Part shown: positions 47,516-63,400 of the stretch, in pieces
Layout of the letters: the number at the start of each line of letters is the position of its first letter
Position numbering within the stretch: the first letter of the stretch is position 1
NCBI GenBank assembly: GCA_965644295.1
Contig: CBFFRP010000283.1
Span: 1-64,000, forward strand
DNA length: 64,000 nt
Direction of reading: 5' to 3'
Origin: Paraphysomonas bandaiensis
Lineage: Eukaryota > Protista > Chrysophyceae
The notes under the pieces: generated by a model
Database searches by the model: none
What the model was told of the DNA's origin: nothing
Seen by the model: the letters and a program-made list of their open reading frames with translations, nothing else
Program-made: the position numbers and the translations under genes

Positions 47516-49494
47516 GCGTTAGTAAAACCCAATGTACATGATGTTTTTTAGTGCAGCAATTGTGTTTGTGTTATGGTTTTAGGTTATTAATAAATATTTG
47601 GTGTCATTCTGCTCTAACTCTTCTATAATGCTATGATGCACCTTGGACTAAAATAGAGGATCTTATGGTCAATGATTATGTACAACTGGTTTTGAAATTG
47701 TTGTACAATGACAATACGGGACACTAACCTAACCCGTTACAGCTATCAGACGTTAGGTTATTTTCATCAGGGCTGCGTAACTATTAATTGCAATTTAATT
47801 GCCAATTATTGTGTAAATAAATTAATTACTCATTACAAGCACGAATAGCATCTTCAACTGTACTTGCATTCCACTAAAGTCTACGCAAGCGCAAGAACAT
47901 AAGGGCCTCCAATCAATAAGGTGCATATTCCGTTTTTAGGCTATTAACGGCCTTAATCCTAAATCATTGTACTGACGATGTATTGAAAGTTCTCCGGGGC
48001 TTCTGGGAAAATTAGTAGGGTAGTCGACTTGTTAGGATTTATTGATTTTTTGATTTCGCTTTTTGCTGACATTGCCCTGTTTCAATGGCTGATGTTATCA
48101 TTAATTATTAGTATATTATTATATATTATATAGTAGATTACTCATTTAGTGAATGCTGCATTGTTTACACAAAAGTTCTCATCGAAAAAATTGTGTTGCT
48201 GTGAGAGCTCACTGCTGGGGAGACTTTATGATTGTGATTCAGCGTGATAATGTATGATATGTATATATATAATTATTATCATATATTATATTATAATATT
48301 GCACCGGTATGTAAGTATATACTTAGTTGACCTATGTTGCTATATCTGCTTCCCCCTGATATCTGTATAAATGCTGCTGTATGCGATTTTCAAAGTCACT
48401 GAACTCAGTAAGAAACCATTGAAATACTAAACATATAAAAGTAAAAATGCTTGTAGCAGGGTCGCTGTAACAATTAATTGGCGCAGGTTGTAGTTATTAC
48501 TTGTTGCTGTCCCAATTAATTGATACTAAAATGTTTACTCAAGCCAAATAGCTATACATCAGCTGTCAACGTAGCTTGTTCAACTGTTATTTCAACTCTG
48601 TTGCGACTGTATATATATTGATTCGACCCTTTACCGTCCGGGTATGTGATGCTTTGTTGCCAGCTTGAATTTTTACGACTGCCTTCTCGAAGCAGCATTG
48701 TTCACCTTTCTCCTGTAATTCTATTGACACATATTGAAGTCGTCCCGTAATTGCACCAGCTTGACATTCTCCATTTCACTTGAAATTAGACTCAACATGG
48801 AAAAACCAAACCTGCATGATAGTAATTAAGTGGCCAGATATATAGCGGTCAATCATTACAAAAGTGGAGTCTCTCCTGCTGATATCCTTGACTACTGTTT
48901 ATGAAAGTTCTTTCTTACGGAGCTTACTAGCATTCTTTAGAGTTCACAACTGCCGACACGAATCATCAAATAACTCTCGTTCAGACATCTGGCACACTAC
49001 GCTATAATCGCCCATACTATTATATTGATAAAAACAATTGGATTTTCACAACAAAAAGCTGTTTTATAACAACAACATATGCATGCAATAAGTGCAGTTA
49101 TCATCATTATAAAAACAATTTCGATGTTAAAAATGATTATTCACTATCGTGAATGATTGAATTTTGATTCTGTATTGTTGTCTGACTTTCTGGTAGACGT
49201 TGTCAATAAAGCTTTCTTCTAGAAGCCCGCCTAATTGTATAACCTATCTATCATTTGAACACATACATGCTAATGATCATATAGCAGGTTAATCTTGTAA
49301 CTAGTAAGAAGGTATATATGTTAACCTTTTCGCTAGCTACATGCGTTTGTACCGTTTATGAGTATGTGTAATAACTCATAGAAAACCACTCCAACTAAAC
49401 CTGGCCAGTGCAGATTGACGGTATTTTCTATTTATTAACAATTAAATAAAGCAAGCTGTAGTAGTCAAGTATAATTGCAATTATGATTTACTGG

Positions 49495-49784
49495 CCCTCA
49501 ACAAAGTCGGACTCGTACCTTTTCGTGGTGTTCTGGGGGATAAGTACCGGAGAGATTTTCTCTGGGAAACTAACGTGAGCCGCAAACATAGACAGCAGAT
49601 ATTGTTCTGCCCACTCATAGCCAAATGCTTGTGTGGTACAAGGGACACCAATAAGTGTCACTTGTGTAGACGTCCTTAGGCCTTAACGAATAAACCGACA
49701 TCCGGGGTATTGAGCTGCCTGCTGAAGTCAAGCATCCGGGATGTTCACCTTAAGAACTCAGAGCGGAAGTGGTCGCACCTTGGT
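49495..49784 (+). mobile_element. 3'-truncated copy of the SINE-like retroposon with intact head
   Basis: Homology starts at the same CCCTCAACAAAGTCGGACTCG as the 10114 copy and breaks off after GCACCTTGGT. Confidence 0.9.
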
Positions 49785-50070
49785 AAGTTGTAGCTGCAGG
49801 AATGTATATTATGTAATACAGCTTAACCTTACATTGTGTTGCTTGCCTATGTGATGTTGATCCAAATCTAGGAATACAAGCTAAAATGTATATTTTTCAC
49901 TTTTTAAGTCGGGGAGCTAAGTTGCAGTTGCCTATAACAGGCATTGTGCAACACTTCTCCAGTATTCACTGCAACTACCAAACCAAATGAAAAAACTATT
50001 AGACACTCGTGATGTCTCTTCTTCTATAACTAGGATGAATTAATGTAAATAGTACATCCAGCACTACAAA

Positions 50071-52915
<2,845 letters not shown>

Positions 52916-53044
52916 ACTCTCCTTGACTAAGAGAAGAAGAGCAATAGGTGGGGTTATACTGCCATGCAAGGGGAGGTATGGTTGTGCAGTGTTTACTGCA
53001 GGGTGTGTTTCTCACTCTTGCCACTTGACCATACCATCCCACCG

Positions 53045-53286
53045 TACATACATACATACATACATACATACATACATACATACATACATACATACATACA
53101 TACATACATACATACATACATACATACATACATACATACATACATACATACATACATACATACATACATACATACATACATACTACATACATACATACAT
53201 ACATACATACATACATACATACATACATACATACATACATACATACATACATACATACATACATACATACATACATACATACATAC
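53045..53286. repeat. (TACA)n microsatellite, about 60 units, one interruption near 53183
   Basis: Directly visible. Confidence 0.99.
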
Positions 53287-53370
53287 GTACGTAGTACAGC
53301 AGTGTACATATGCACTGTCTCATAAGATGTGGATATGTATTTTAAAGCGCTGAATATCACTTGAAGTTTA

Positions 53371-54004
53371 ATGGTAGAAAGCGTCATTCCTCCGGTTGCG
53401 TTTGCCACTGTCAGTAATGGGGTACACCGATCGAGTCATCCAAGTACTACTTCATACCCTTTTCTACAGACTTTACAACTAAAGACTGCAATGTATGACT
53501 ATTGCAATATATATGCTCTATTTGCTTATATAAATTACAGATGTGTTGATAAGTGTGATATTCGAAAAGAGTTTAGAGAGTTTTGTGTGAGAAATGATAT
53601 AGTGTTGATAGAACGTGACGTCGGCTTCAATCAGGAGCCATTTATAGTTATGTCACAACCTGTTGTTCAGGATGTTATAAACGTCGCACTTGGTATATCT
53701 GCGGCCTGCTATTCGTTTTTATTTGACTCTTTGTCATTGCAGATCCAAAGTACCAACCCTGCCTTATTTTTTGTGGGAATGGAAAGGTATTACTTCTGTT
53801 CCAGTTTTTATTTTATTTTATATTATGTTCTAGTTGAAGACAAGCACTGTCATTGGGTGTTTGAGAATGGCTTTAAACTGGAGTTTTACGTCGACAATAG
53901 ATGAGTTTGTTAGATATGCAGGGCCCGAGGGTGGCTTGCATGATATCCAGTTCATAGAAAACTTTCGACCATCTGAAGTTTGTAGACAGAGTGATTCGAG
54001 TTAG
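53371..54004 (+). CDS. SIW14/OCA-family (PFA-DSP) phosphatase-like protein, 4 exons, probable pseudophosphatase
   Basis: Spliced translation VIPPVAFATVSNGVHRSSHP..FLQTLQLKTAI..QPCLIFCGNGKLKTSTVIGCLRMALNWSFTSTIDEFVRYAG..DIQFIENF follows the family pattern end to end; GT-AG introns near 53493, 53693, 53787. Confidence 0.82.
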
Positions 54005-54637
54005 TATATAGTTGTCATTTTTCTTGTGTAAGTGGTACCTATGGTACTAAATAGTTGTATTAGTTTACAAGCTGTTGCTCTTATGAATTGGTCAATGTAC
54101 AATGTAGAACTAATTCTTGGTAGTAATATCCCTCCGAAAAGAGTATTGCACAGAAATGAAAATGTGTGTATATATATTATATATAATGCGAAGTACTAGG
54201 AAGTAGCAATGGTGTATGTCGCAACTATAGTGCTGTAACAGTAACAATGCTAACTACGTAAACCACGATCATGGTCCAACAAAACAACACCCAATGCTGC
54301 CACATTTCCTTGAGATTGAGCACTTGCAGATAATCGGATAATGCATTGCAGCAGCAATTAAATTCAAACAACACAAAATTTCGTACTCTTCTTTGAATCG
54401 TTGTAACTTTATTTGAATAAAAATACAACATATGATGTATAGACGAGCAACATTTTAGTATCACTAACATCAATATCAGCGCGTCATCAACAGCGTATTC
54501 GTCATTGAAACACCACGGGATGTCAATTATAGCGCCTTGGTTGGTGCTATTGCACAATTTCCTATATTCTATATATTGGATTGAGGTGAACACAAATGTA
54601 TCGTATCTCAATACTAACGACGGGTATATACAGCACT

Positions 54638-57600
54638 CTACCAGCATTGTTTTGTAGATGGTACAGGTATTTCAACAATGCTATTCAATTTATTTTCTTC
54701 TTCCACTTTGTCACGAGAAAATATTGCTTGTACTGGTTCATGAGGCTCGGTAGTTTTGGAGCCCAGGCGCTTATACTCTCTGCTCGCCATTTTCAACACT
54801 TTGGTCACTGTTCCGCCCTGCACGCCAGAACGAGATGATCTCTGTTCTTCCAGCATATCTTCCCGTGCTTTCGAGGCAGCCTTGACTTTCTGGCGTACAT
54901 GCGTTCTATTTTCTCGATAATACTTTCCCATGTCATGAACAATCGACAAGAATTCGGAGAAATCTATCAAGCCACTGCTATTATTGTCAGCCTGCAAGAC
55001 AATACCCTTCAGATGAATGACGCACATGAATCACACTCACCTTCATAAACATATTCATAATATCACTTTCATTGGGAATAACCATTTCTACAATAGGTCT
55101 AAGTTCATTAAGCTATGTACACGTTTTAGACAACGGTAGAAACGGCACATGGTATTTCGTACCGATATGGTTCCATCCCCACCCTGGTCCACCATTTCAA
55201 AAATTTCAAGCATATTGTTTACTGATACACTGTCCATATCCAGTTCGTTCTGACGCTGGTACACTTTTCGCCACACTGACTGCTCCTCCTTGATGCCTTC
55301 CCGCAATAAGTCCATGGATGCAATTATAATACCGAGAAATAGTTGTACGAGAACGAAAACACCAAATATTATGAATATAAGGAAGTACCAGGCTGCTATC
55401 CAACCCAGGCCTCTCGGATCTTTACATAATGAATCATACTCAGGTTTTCCGAGGTCATACCCATACAAATCGCAGCCTGAGGAGAGAATAAGCAACAGAA
55501 TTGTAGAATCGAAATATCCACACTAACCGTACATATTTGTCCGCGCCACATCGCTCCAATTCGCAAGCGTACACACCTAAAACACGTAAGCAACGTAGTT
55601 GTCATACAGTATGTCTCATACATACTTGAAACAGTGTTATAAACGACCGTCTGAGAGAACCAAAATGGTAGAAGTCGTTATTCTGAAAAAGAAACACCCC
55701 AGCAACGGCGAAGTTGTAGAAAAATATGCACATGAGAACCACCACATAGAAGAGTGCCTGAGCAGAACTCGATATAGCTCGTAGAATTATAGTTAAATTT
55801 TCGACCCACGTAATCAGTCGAAGTACTCGTAAAATGCGCAGCACCCGGAGCAATGCTGTCGTGTAATATCATGTAATAGTTAAATCATTTAATAAGACTC
55901 GACGAAGCAAATCTTACCGAAAGTTGAAGCGAAGGTCGTACCACGAGTAAACAGCGGAATGCATGTGAGTGGCACCAACACAAAGTCGAATACGTTCCAC
56001 CTGTTTATGAAAAACGAAGAAACATCTGGGAACTCTGCAACAACTCGACAGTACAGGTCGAGCACGAAATACACTTGCAAAAAGATCTGAACCATATCAA
56101 TCATCGAGTTCTCCGCTTTCATTTGAAGCGATATCATTTCCAACAATGCAGCGATTACAATAACGACCGCAAAAACAGCACCGTATATCTGGTGTCCCGT
56201 TATGTATCTCATCATAATGCTCTGTCGCCGTATGTCAGTAGCACTGTGGAAGACCTTCAACAACGTCGAATTGACAACAATCAATTCGGAATCGCAGCTA
56301 GTACTAACAGACTCTGAAATCTTCTCAGGATGTACACGCTGTTCAAGTGGTTTGATTATATTACTGTCGTTGTTATCATCCCAAACCTAAAAACAAACAT
56401 CAGAAAGCCAATGATGAGATGATGTGGGTACACCTGAGCAAGAAGCATGATTACAAACTCAGGATCGAACTTCTGTACGAATAATTCCTTGTCATTCTTT
56501 ACTGTCTCACCCTCCACAGCTAAGATCCTTTGTTGGCCCCCTACGTCTAAAGACTCTATCCTCTCATTTATACCAGCCGTCACCACAGCAACAGTTAGTG
56601 CCACAAGAATGAATCCACATATTAGTATAAAGGATATGAATAAGACTGCGGCAAGTGCTGGACGGGCCTCCGAGTGTCGACAAACAGGTAAAACCATCTC
56701 GCCGTACCTTTCAAAGGAGTAGTTGTCCTCAATGCCTTCATATGGGGAGCCGGTCAAGTCATTTTCCTGGTAGTAGTAGAAGGGGCTCTCTTCACACCCA
56801 TACATATTAATGTACATAACCTTTTCCCAGTTCTACAGTCAGAACATTAATGTGGAGATCATTGGATACAAAACTTGGTACTTACATCAAGAGTGCACAT
56901 TTCAAATAGGCTCCACACACTCAACGACATCGTGCCAAAGTGAAATGGGTCATTGTGGCCGAAAAAATGAAGGCACCATGCACCATAAACCGCAAACACA
57001 AGAAACATTAATATCCATGTGGAGAACAAGGAGTGTAAACCTAAGCTGATTCCACTCTATAAACGAATGTATTAGATAAAACACAAATATATGCAGGGTA
57101 TATATACCATCAACACATCCAGATGAGGAGCTTGCTTCACAAACGTTACGGAAATAAGAATAATCCGAAGCAAGCGACTCCATGCGCCAACTTTCGAGTC
57201 TCCGAAAGCAAAACTGAAGGATGCAATACCCATTTGAACAACACCTGAATTCGATAAAATGTCGAGAGTTTTTAGCTTGTCACCTATATCCCTTCGAATC
57301 ATAACTTTAGAAAATATCGAACACAATTTCATCAGTCCTTCGAAAAGAAAGAATATATCAATAGTTTGATCGATTACTGTTATCACCTCACGCTCTTTGT
57401 CTGATGCAGTTCCAGAAGCTGACAGTGATAGCGTGACAAATGCCACTGCAAAAGCAGACACCCTTAACGCCACCATAGCATGTGACTCGAGCAGTAAATC
57501 AGCGTCAGACGACACGACCATCGCCGAAGACACTTTAGACGAATGAAAACTGTGTTGCTCTAACCCAGCGCTAGACGAATTTGATTTAACTGATATTTGA

Positions 57601-57770
57601 TTCTGAGGCTCGAGTTGTTCTCCGTCAACTGTTTGGGGTGACTTCGGGTCTTTGAGCATCGAGTGTACCGCTTGAAAGTATTTCTTTTCACTATTCTGCA
57701 GTTTCTTGCGTTCATTTGCTGCCTTCGTGATTAGTTCTGAGAAGTTTGGTCGATGTTGTACAATAGGCAT
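54638..57770 (-). CDS. two-domain (2x6TM) voltage-gated-type cation channel with C-terminal EF-hands (multi-exon)
   Basis: Two pore modules NDPFHFG..EMCTLD/NWEKVMYINMYGC and NDFYHFG..FQ/VCTLANWSDVARTNMY/GC; S4 RVLRILRVLR in repeat II; EF-hands DQGGDGTIS and DNNSSGLIDFSEF. Confidence 0.85.
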
Positions 57771-58277
57771 TGTCAGTAATTACACAACAGAAAATTTTAA
57801 TGATAATTCGAGCAGTGAGCTCGCATGCTAATAGAGTAACACATAAAGTGCAACATCGACATCAACATGTAGATAAGAGGATCCACTTTTCCATTGCAAA
57901 GATATATGAATGTATATATTCGATATAGTATATAGTGGTCATCTATAGTAGTTGTTTGAGGACGACATGTGTCCTTTAAGTTCATAACTGATACACGATA
58001 GCATGATATGGAATGAAACAAACTCACTCCACTGATCCTCCCTGCTGCTACACTCCTGGCAGATAAGTACGTACAAAATCCCCATAAACGGGTTACACTC
58101 GCCCCTTAGTAGCCCGCTCCGCATGAACTTGAACCAGATACAGTATATATATTCCTCCCATGCCAATCATAGCCATATGAGCCTCTTCTACTATCTACTA
58201 TACAATCATTATATTGCTGGTATATACATCTTACACTGGGTTAATATTTTGAGTGGCGGAAACCAAGGAAGAAAGTA

Positions 58278-59003
58278 ATGAGCGTATACGACGCATATAT
58301 ATCAGAAATTACTTCATTGTGTGATAGCATAAGGACCAATATCGATGAATTCAAGCACAGAGAATCAGGCACAGGTTAAAGTCCATTGTGAATCCATTCA
58401 ATTTATAATTAATGCTATACTTGTATATTAGAATCATGTGAAACCCGTATCGATGCGCTCTTCTCTCAGGCGAGCAATCTTGTACGTGAATTAGAGGTGG
58501 AAATCAGAAGTATGGACGCTGCCACGAGGAAAACGGCGTCCGATGCTATAGGGAAGCACAAATCAGATATGTTAGCTCTACGAAGTGAATTTGAGAGTGC
58601 TCGGACATCGAAACAGCGTTCAAATTTAATTGGAACTAAAAGTAGTGCCGAGCAGAACAGATACCTAAGCACGAATGAGAGGTCAGTATATTAGTGTCGT
58701 AAGTTAATTTCTATGAAGCTTGACGTAACTGGACATCAGGTTGAATAAACAAAGTCAGGCCATAGCCAATATTACTCAAACTGTTGCTGAGACCGAAGAG
58801 GTGGGGCTGAATATAACGCAGCAGCTTGGGAGCAACAGAGAGAAGATAGGAATGGTTCATGGCAAGGTATTAACAATATTGCTTGCTGCCTATATCAATT
58901 CAAACCATGTGTCTTCTAGGTAAACGAACTGGATGGAGACTTGGATAGAGCAGACACCATAGCAAATGGAATGCTAAAGAGAGAAAAGTGTTCTATCATG
59001 TGA
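58278..59003 (+). CDS. VTI1: VTI1-like Qb-SNARE lacking a transmembrane helix, ending in CaaX (4 exons)
   Basis: Habc-like QASNLVRELEVEIRSMD; SNARE motif VAETEEVGLNITQQLGSNREKI..VNELDGDLDRADTIANGMLKREKCSIM-stop; introns 58375-58431, ~58683-58739, ~58867-58919. Confidence 0.8.
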
Positions 59004-60446
59004 TGAACGATGAACATACGCGTCAGTGTATCTCACATATTAGGGTAGTTGATACGTCAATATATGTGATAGTTATCAAATAATCTATTTGTCATGACTG
59101 TATTTGACCTACTTCATTGTAATATTCTGTAATAGCACGTTCGTAATAAGTGTAAGTTTTACTTAGATTATTGAATTGAAAACTCAGTACACAACCTATT
59201 TTGAAGGTGCTGTACGTTAAGTAAAGCTACTCCCTCATTCATCGCCGTCTGTATTGTTATCTTGTAAGGGTATTCTAAAAACTTTGTCACCACCGGTATT
59301 TATACTATTTGAAATGTGCATACACACAGGCTAAGTTGTCAATTCGATTTCTGCTTCACTACCATTAGACTCCAGATACATACGATCACACAATACGAAA
59401 AATATTCAGTAAAGTAATTGCAATTTTAGTATTTTTCTGCTTATATTTGTGACCAGAAGTACAGAGTAGTAGATCTAAAACTTGCAAGGTTAACTGGGGC
59501 TAGATATCTGTACATTTTAGATATTCTCATCGAATCATGCATGCTTATCTTGTAACTAACCGGTACAAGTTCACACAAATTTCCGATTTATATTACTGTG
59601 AGTCTAAAAAAAGCATATGTTACTTGAAAGACATCGGAACTGAATATATATTGGAAGTATTCTCCACTCGATCAAACTGCCCACAACTGCGTCAGGAAGT
59701 ACCTGCATCGACGTTAGCTTCGATAGCAATGAAAACACGAGTGTATCAAGTAATAGACTCCGTCTTGTGTAGAGACAACTGTGAAAGTTGTTATATCGCG
59801 GAAAAGTAACGGCTATTCTACATACTCATCACCAGTAAACTACACGAAATACACGAATATATATCAATGAAAATCAAATTAATCTACATTTATGGAATGA
59901 GGGATTGCAATAAAATTTAGTAACAATCAGTTCTGGAAACCTCAACATCTAGATATCCATTAGTTATATATCTACTAGATATGCAGCATATCTATGCAGA
60001 TACTTTCATGATGCATATGATCACACTGTTTTCAGTGTACAGCAAGTCATACAGCAGTGTATACATTGTAGTCTACAGCAGCCCTACAAGGTGTACTGAC
60101 TACGACTACACCCCCTACACCCCACAGCAGTTGATGTCGAGCGTTTGCACTGAAGTGTGGAGCGAAGTGGAAGGAATGCATGGATTACTTCCTGAATCAA
60201 GAATGCAGTCAGTGAATTCATTATGCATACCTTACGATGCTGAAGTAGAGACCCCCCTCTATAGAGCTCCATAGTAACAGCACTATACATACATTACCAC
60301 ACATATACTTTTATCAACACATACCTCAAACCAACCACTCCACCCTCCTGATAAGAACACATTGTTTATCCCCTACAGTTTACTGACTATCTGCGCTAAT
60401 ATGCCGAAACAAGTAAGCGATTAGAAGCGAGTATTGGGGTACGGAG

Positions 60447-63400
60447 ATGTCTAGTCACGCCATTGATTATTTCGCTACTCTGGGAAAGCTTCCGGGCAAG
60501 CTGGTGTGCAAGTCTCTGCCATCGGCGACGTGTGAATCATCGGTTTCGCCATCTGAGATTTGGTTGGATGCAATAACTGATATAACTGTGATATTTTTTG
60601 GTATGTATATATATGAGTATGTATGTATATTATTTATGATTGTATGAACTCAATCTATGTATGCATACAGATAGCGAAACATCAATACCCGATCAGTCGA
60701 CGCTCTTATCCACAAGTGATGGCAAAAAGTGGGAACTCATTAAATATACTGTTGATGGCCTCCTGGCAAATTGCAACGCCGGAGACCCATCGCGTGGTGT
60801 GGCCCTTCTCGCTGTGCAACGACGGCGTCAATCGAAACGTCGTGATCATATTTGTGAGGTTGTACAGCAATGTCTTGTATTATTTATAATTGTGCATATT
60901 ATACAGATTACTGTCTTACACAAAGGCGATTCTGTGCCTGAAGGTTTCGAGCCATTGAACAAGTCCATGTCATGCGAACGCATTGTTGACCTGTATCCAC
61001 ATGCAAGCAGTCGCCTCGCAGTTCGCCGAGCAAGTGAAGGGGACTCGGCACTAATCAATGGATATCCTATTGTTGACGATATAGTTCTGGCTGATATTAC
61101 TGAGGGTGAGGAGGCACCAAGGGAATATGTACTTGTAGACAAGCCGCTCAATCCGAAGGTCCCTGGGACAGGGTCACAGCAACCACACAAAGTGGTAGTC
61201 AGCTATCACCGACGGTCTCCCCTTGGTGTGTGTGACATGCGGTTCGAGGCGTGTACGTTAGATCGATATCCTAGTGAGGACCACGATGGGCTGGCTCTTC
61301 CTGTGGTCGAACTCCCGATGTTTGTTTTCCCTCATGATCTGCAACTGAAGTGTAGCCTAAAACACGATTTCCCTCTTCCAGACTTCTTCACATTTGTATT
61401 CACAGATGTAAAAGGGCAGCACCTCTATACGACGTGCCTCAGATTCTATGAACTGCTGGAAAAAGAGGACGTTGAGCTTGCACTTTCTGAAGTAGTTGGC
61501 GCAGAGTGGAGCCTCCGAAGCGAGAAAGATGTGGAGTTTTTTGCACCTAAGGTGATATGCGTAGTGTCGCAGTTTCCATTCTACAGGTATTGTCCCATGT
61601 TGGATCACGTATGTATATGTGAACAGTCTGCAGGGCTATGGAACGGTATCTGAAGCAGCTATATTCTCTTTCTCTATCTCCTTCTAACTGCCCTCTTGAG
61701 CACTTTATTGCTTCAGTGGTGGGACAGGTCCCTCTTCCTGTCCCCGGTGGGCGTCCATTCCACGTAGTTCTAGATGCCGCACTAATCTCCCAGTCATCTC
61801 GAGCTATGGCTCCTATCTGCTTTGATCTCCCTTTTCGGTACTTCTTTCCTCCAATGGACCTTGACTTTGCGGGGCCTATGCGGTGCTTGTCTATTGATCA
61901 CCTGTTGGCTACCTTTTGTCTTCTGTTGATGGAATCAAAAGTTACATTTGTATGTTCATCCAATGCTCTACTCACAGAGGTCATGGAGACATTCCGCTCT
62001 CTATTATTTCCACTTACCTGGTCTTCTTGTTTTATTACACGGTTGCCCGATGCTCTCTCAGGTGTGTTGCAGGCACCCGGTGGATTCATGATAGGCATGC
62101 ACATTACCGGTAATTGCTTCACTCCCACGTCTGTAACTTATTTAAATCACACTACCCCGCGAGAAGGGGGCCCTAGTGCAATGAATAGTGCATGGATGCA
62201 TTCCCTACAACCTGGAACTTATATTGTGGATCTCACTGAGAACAGGGTCAGGTACTTTGATGGGGTTCGGGCGGAAGTATTGCCACCATCGAAGGTGCAG
62301 CAGTTTGTTAGGATGCTCCCCAGCGGTCCAGGCCGCAGACTTCGCTCTAAGATACAGGCGATCTCGCAACAATACCTTTTATGCCCCCAGAAATTCGACA
62401 AATTCGGTCTTGCAGAGTTTGATAGTGCGTTCGAATGCAAATCGTTCGAGGAGGATTTGCTGCCTCTCGGAAGAAAATGGTCTGAATTTCCTAGTTTGTG
62501 GGTCAGAGATGCGTTTCTTACGTTCATGTGTGATCTCATCGGGGACGTTACCAAGTACATACGGCCACCCATTCCGATTACATCAGGAAGCTGTTTTAAT
62601 CGAACCTTTGGGGAGCTATTTATGATTGAGGTAAGAAGCGTTGTGAACAACTTTTGCAACTGACGGATATGCAGGAATATATCCGTGATTCTGATAAATC
62701 TGCGAAGCGCCTGTTGAGGTCGATGATGGACACCCAGATGTTTGCGTACATGGTACAAGGGCGCACAGAGGATCCCACATATGCCCTTGTATTTTTTGAT
62801 CAAGCTGTGCATGCTCTGAAGAACCTTGGTCTGAGTGCATTACCCGCTGACCGACGTGTACCGTTATCAGTCGCTTCCTACCCCGATCTCGAATCAGTCG
62901 TCTCGGCGGGGTGTGAAAATGATGGTGACTTACCGCTGTATGAACTCGTGGAAAGACTCGCTTTACTTTCAGCTTCTTTCTCGGTAACTTCGATCAGTCC
63001 TACAATGAAATTGAATGATAATTCTACGCAATATTGGAAGAGCGTCGTGATACATCCATTACCCAGTGTCAGTACAAGGAGTTGTATAGATACTTCTGGA
63101 TTCCGTACTCTTGATATGGCTGCAAAGAGCATAGAAAGTAGGAAAGAACTGTGGAGTCACGTTGAGTTACAATTGGATGACAAAACTAAGGGCGCGTTAA
63201 TTATACCTGGCCCTCTGAGGTATGAGGTTGTAGATGAAATTGACGAAGTTAGATTCAGGTATGAATCCGGTTGGCCGCATCTTGATGCGACTCTGTTGGG
63301 TGGGGTTAAAGAGAATACGGTAAAGACGGGCCTGCACGACCTGAAGCAACTAAGAGCAAAGTCTATTGAACAAGTTGATTCGCGCTGTCTTCTCTTTTTA

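Noticed and set aside
48550-49000. Coding-like minus-strand relic
   Set aside because: Several stops and no recognisable family; cannot support a call.
54225-54647. 140-aa minus-strand ORF after the channel gene
   Set aside because: AT-rich, non-ATG start, no motif; probably 3' UTR.
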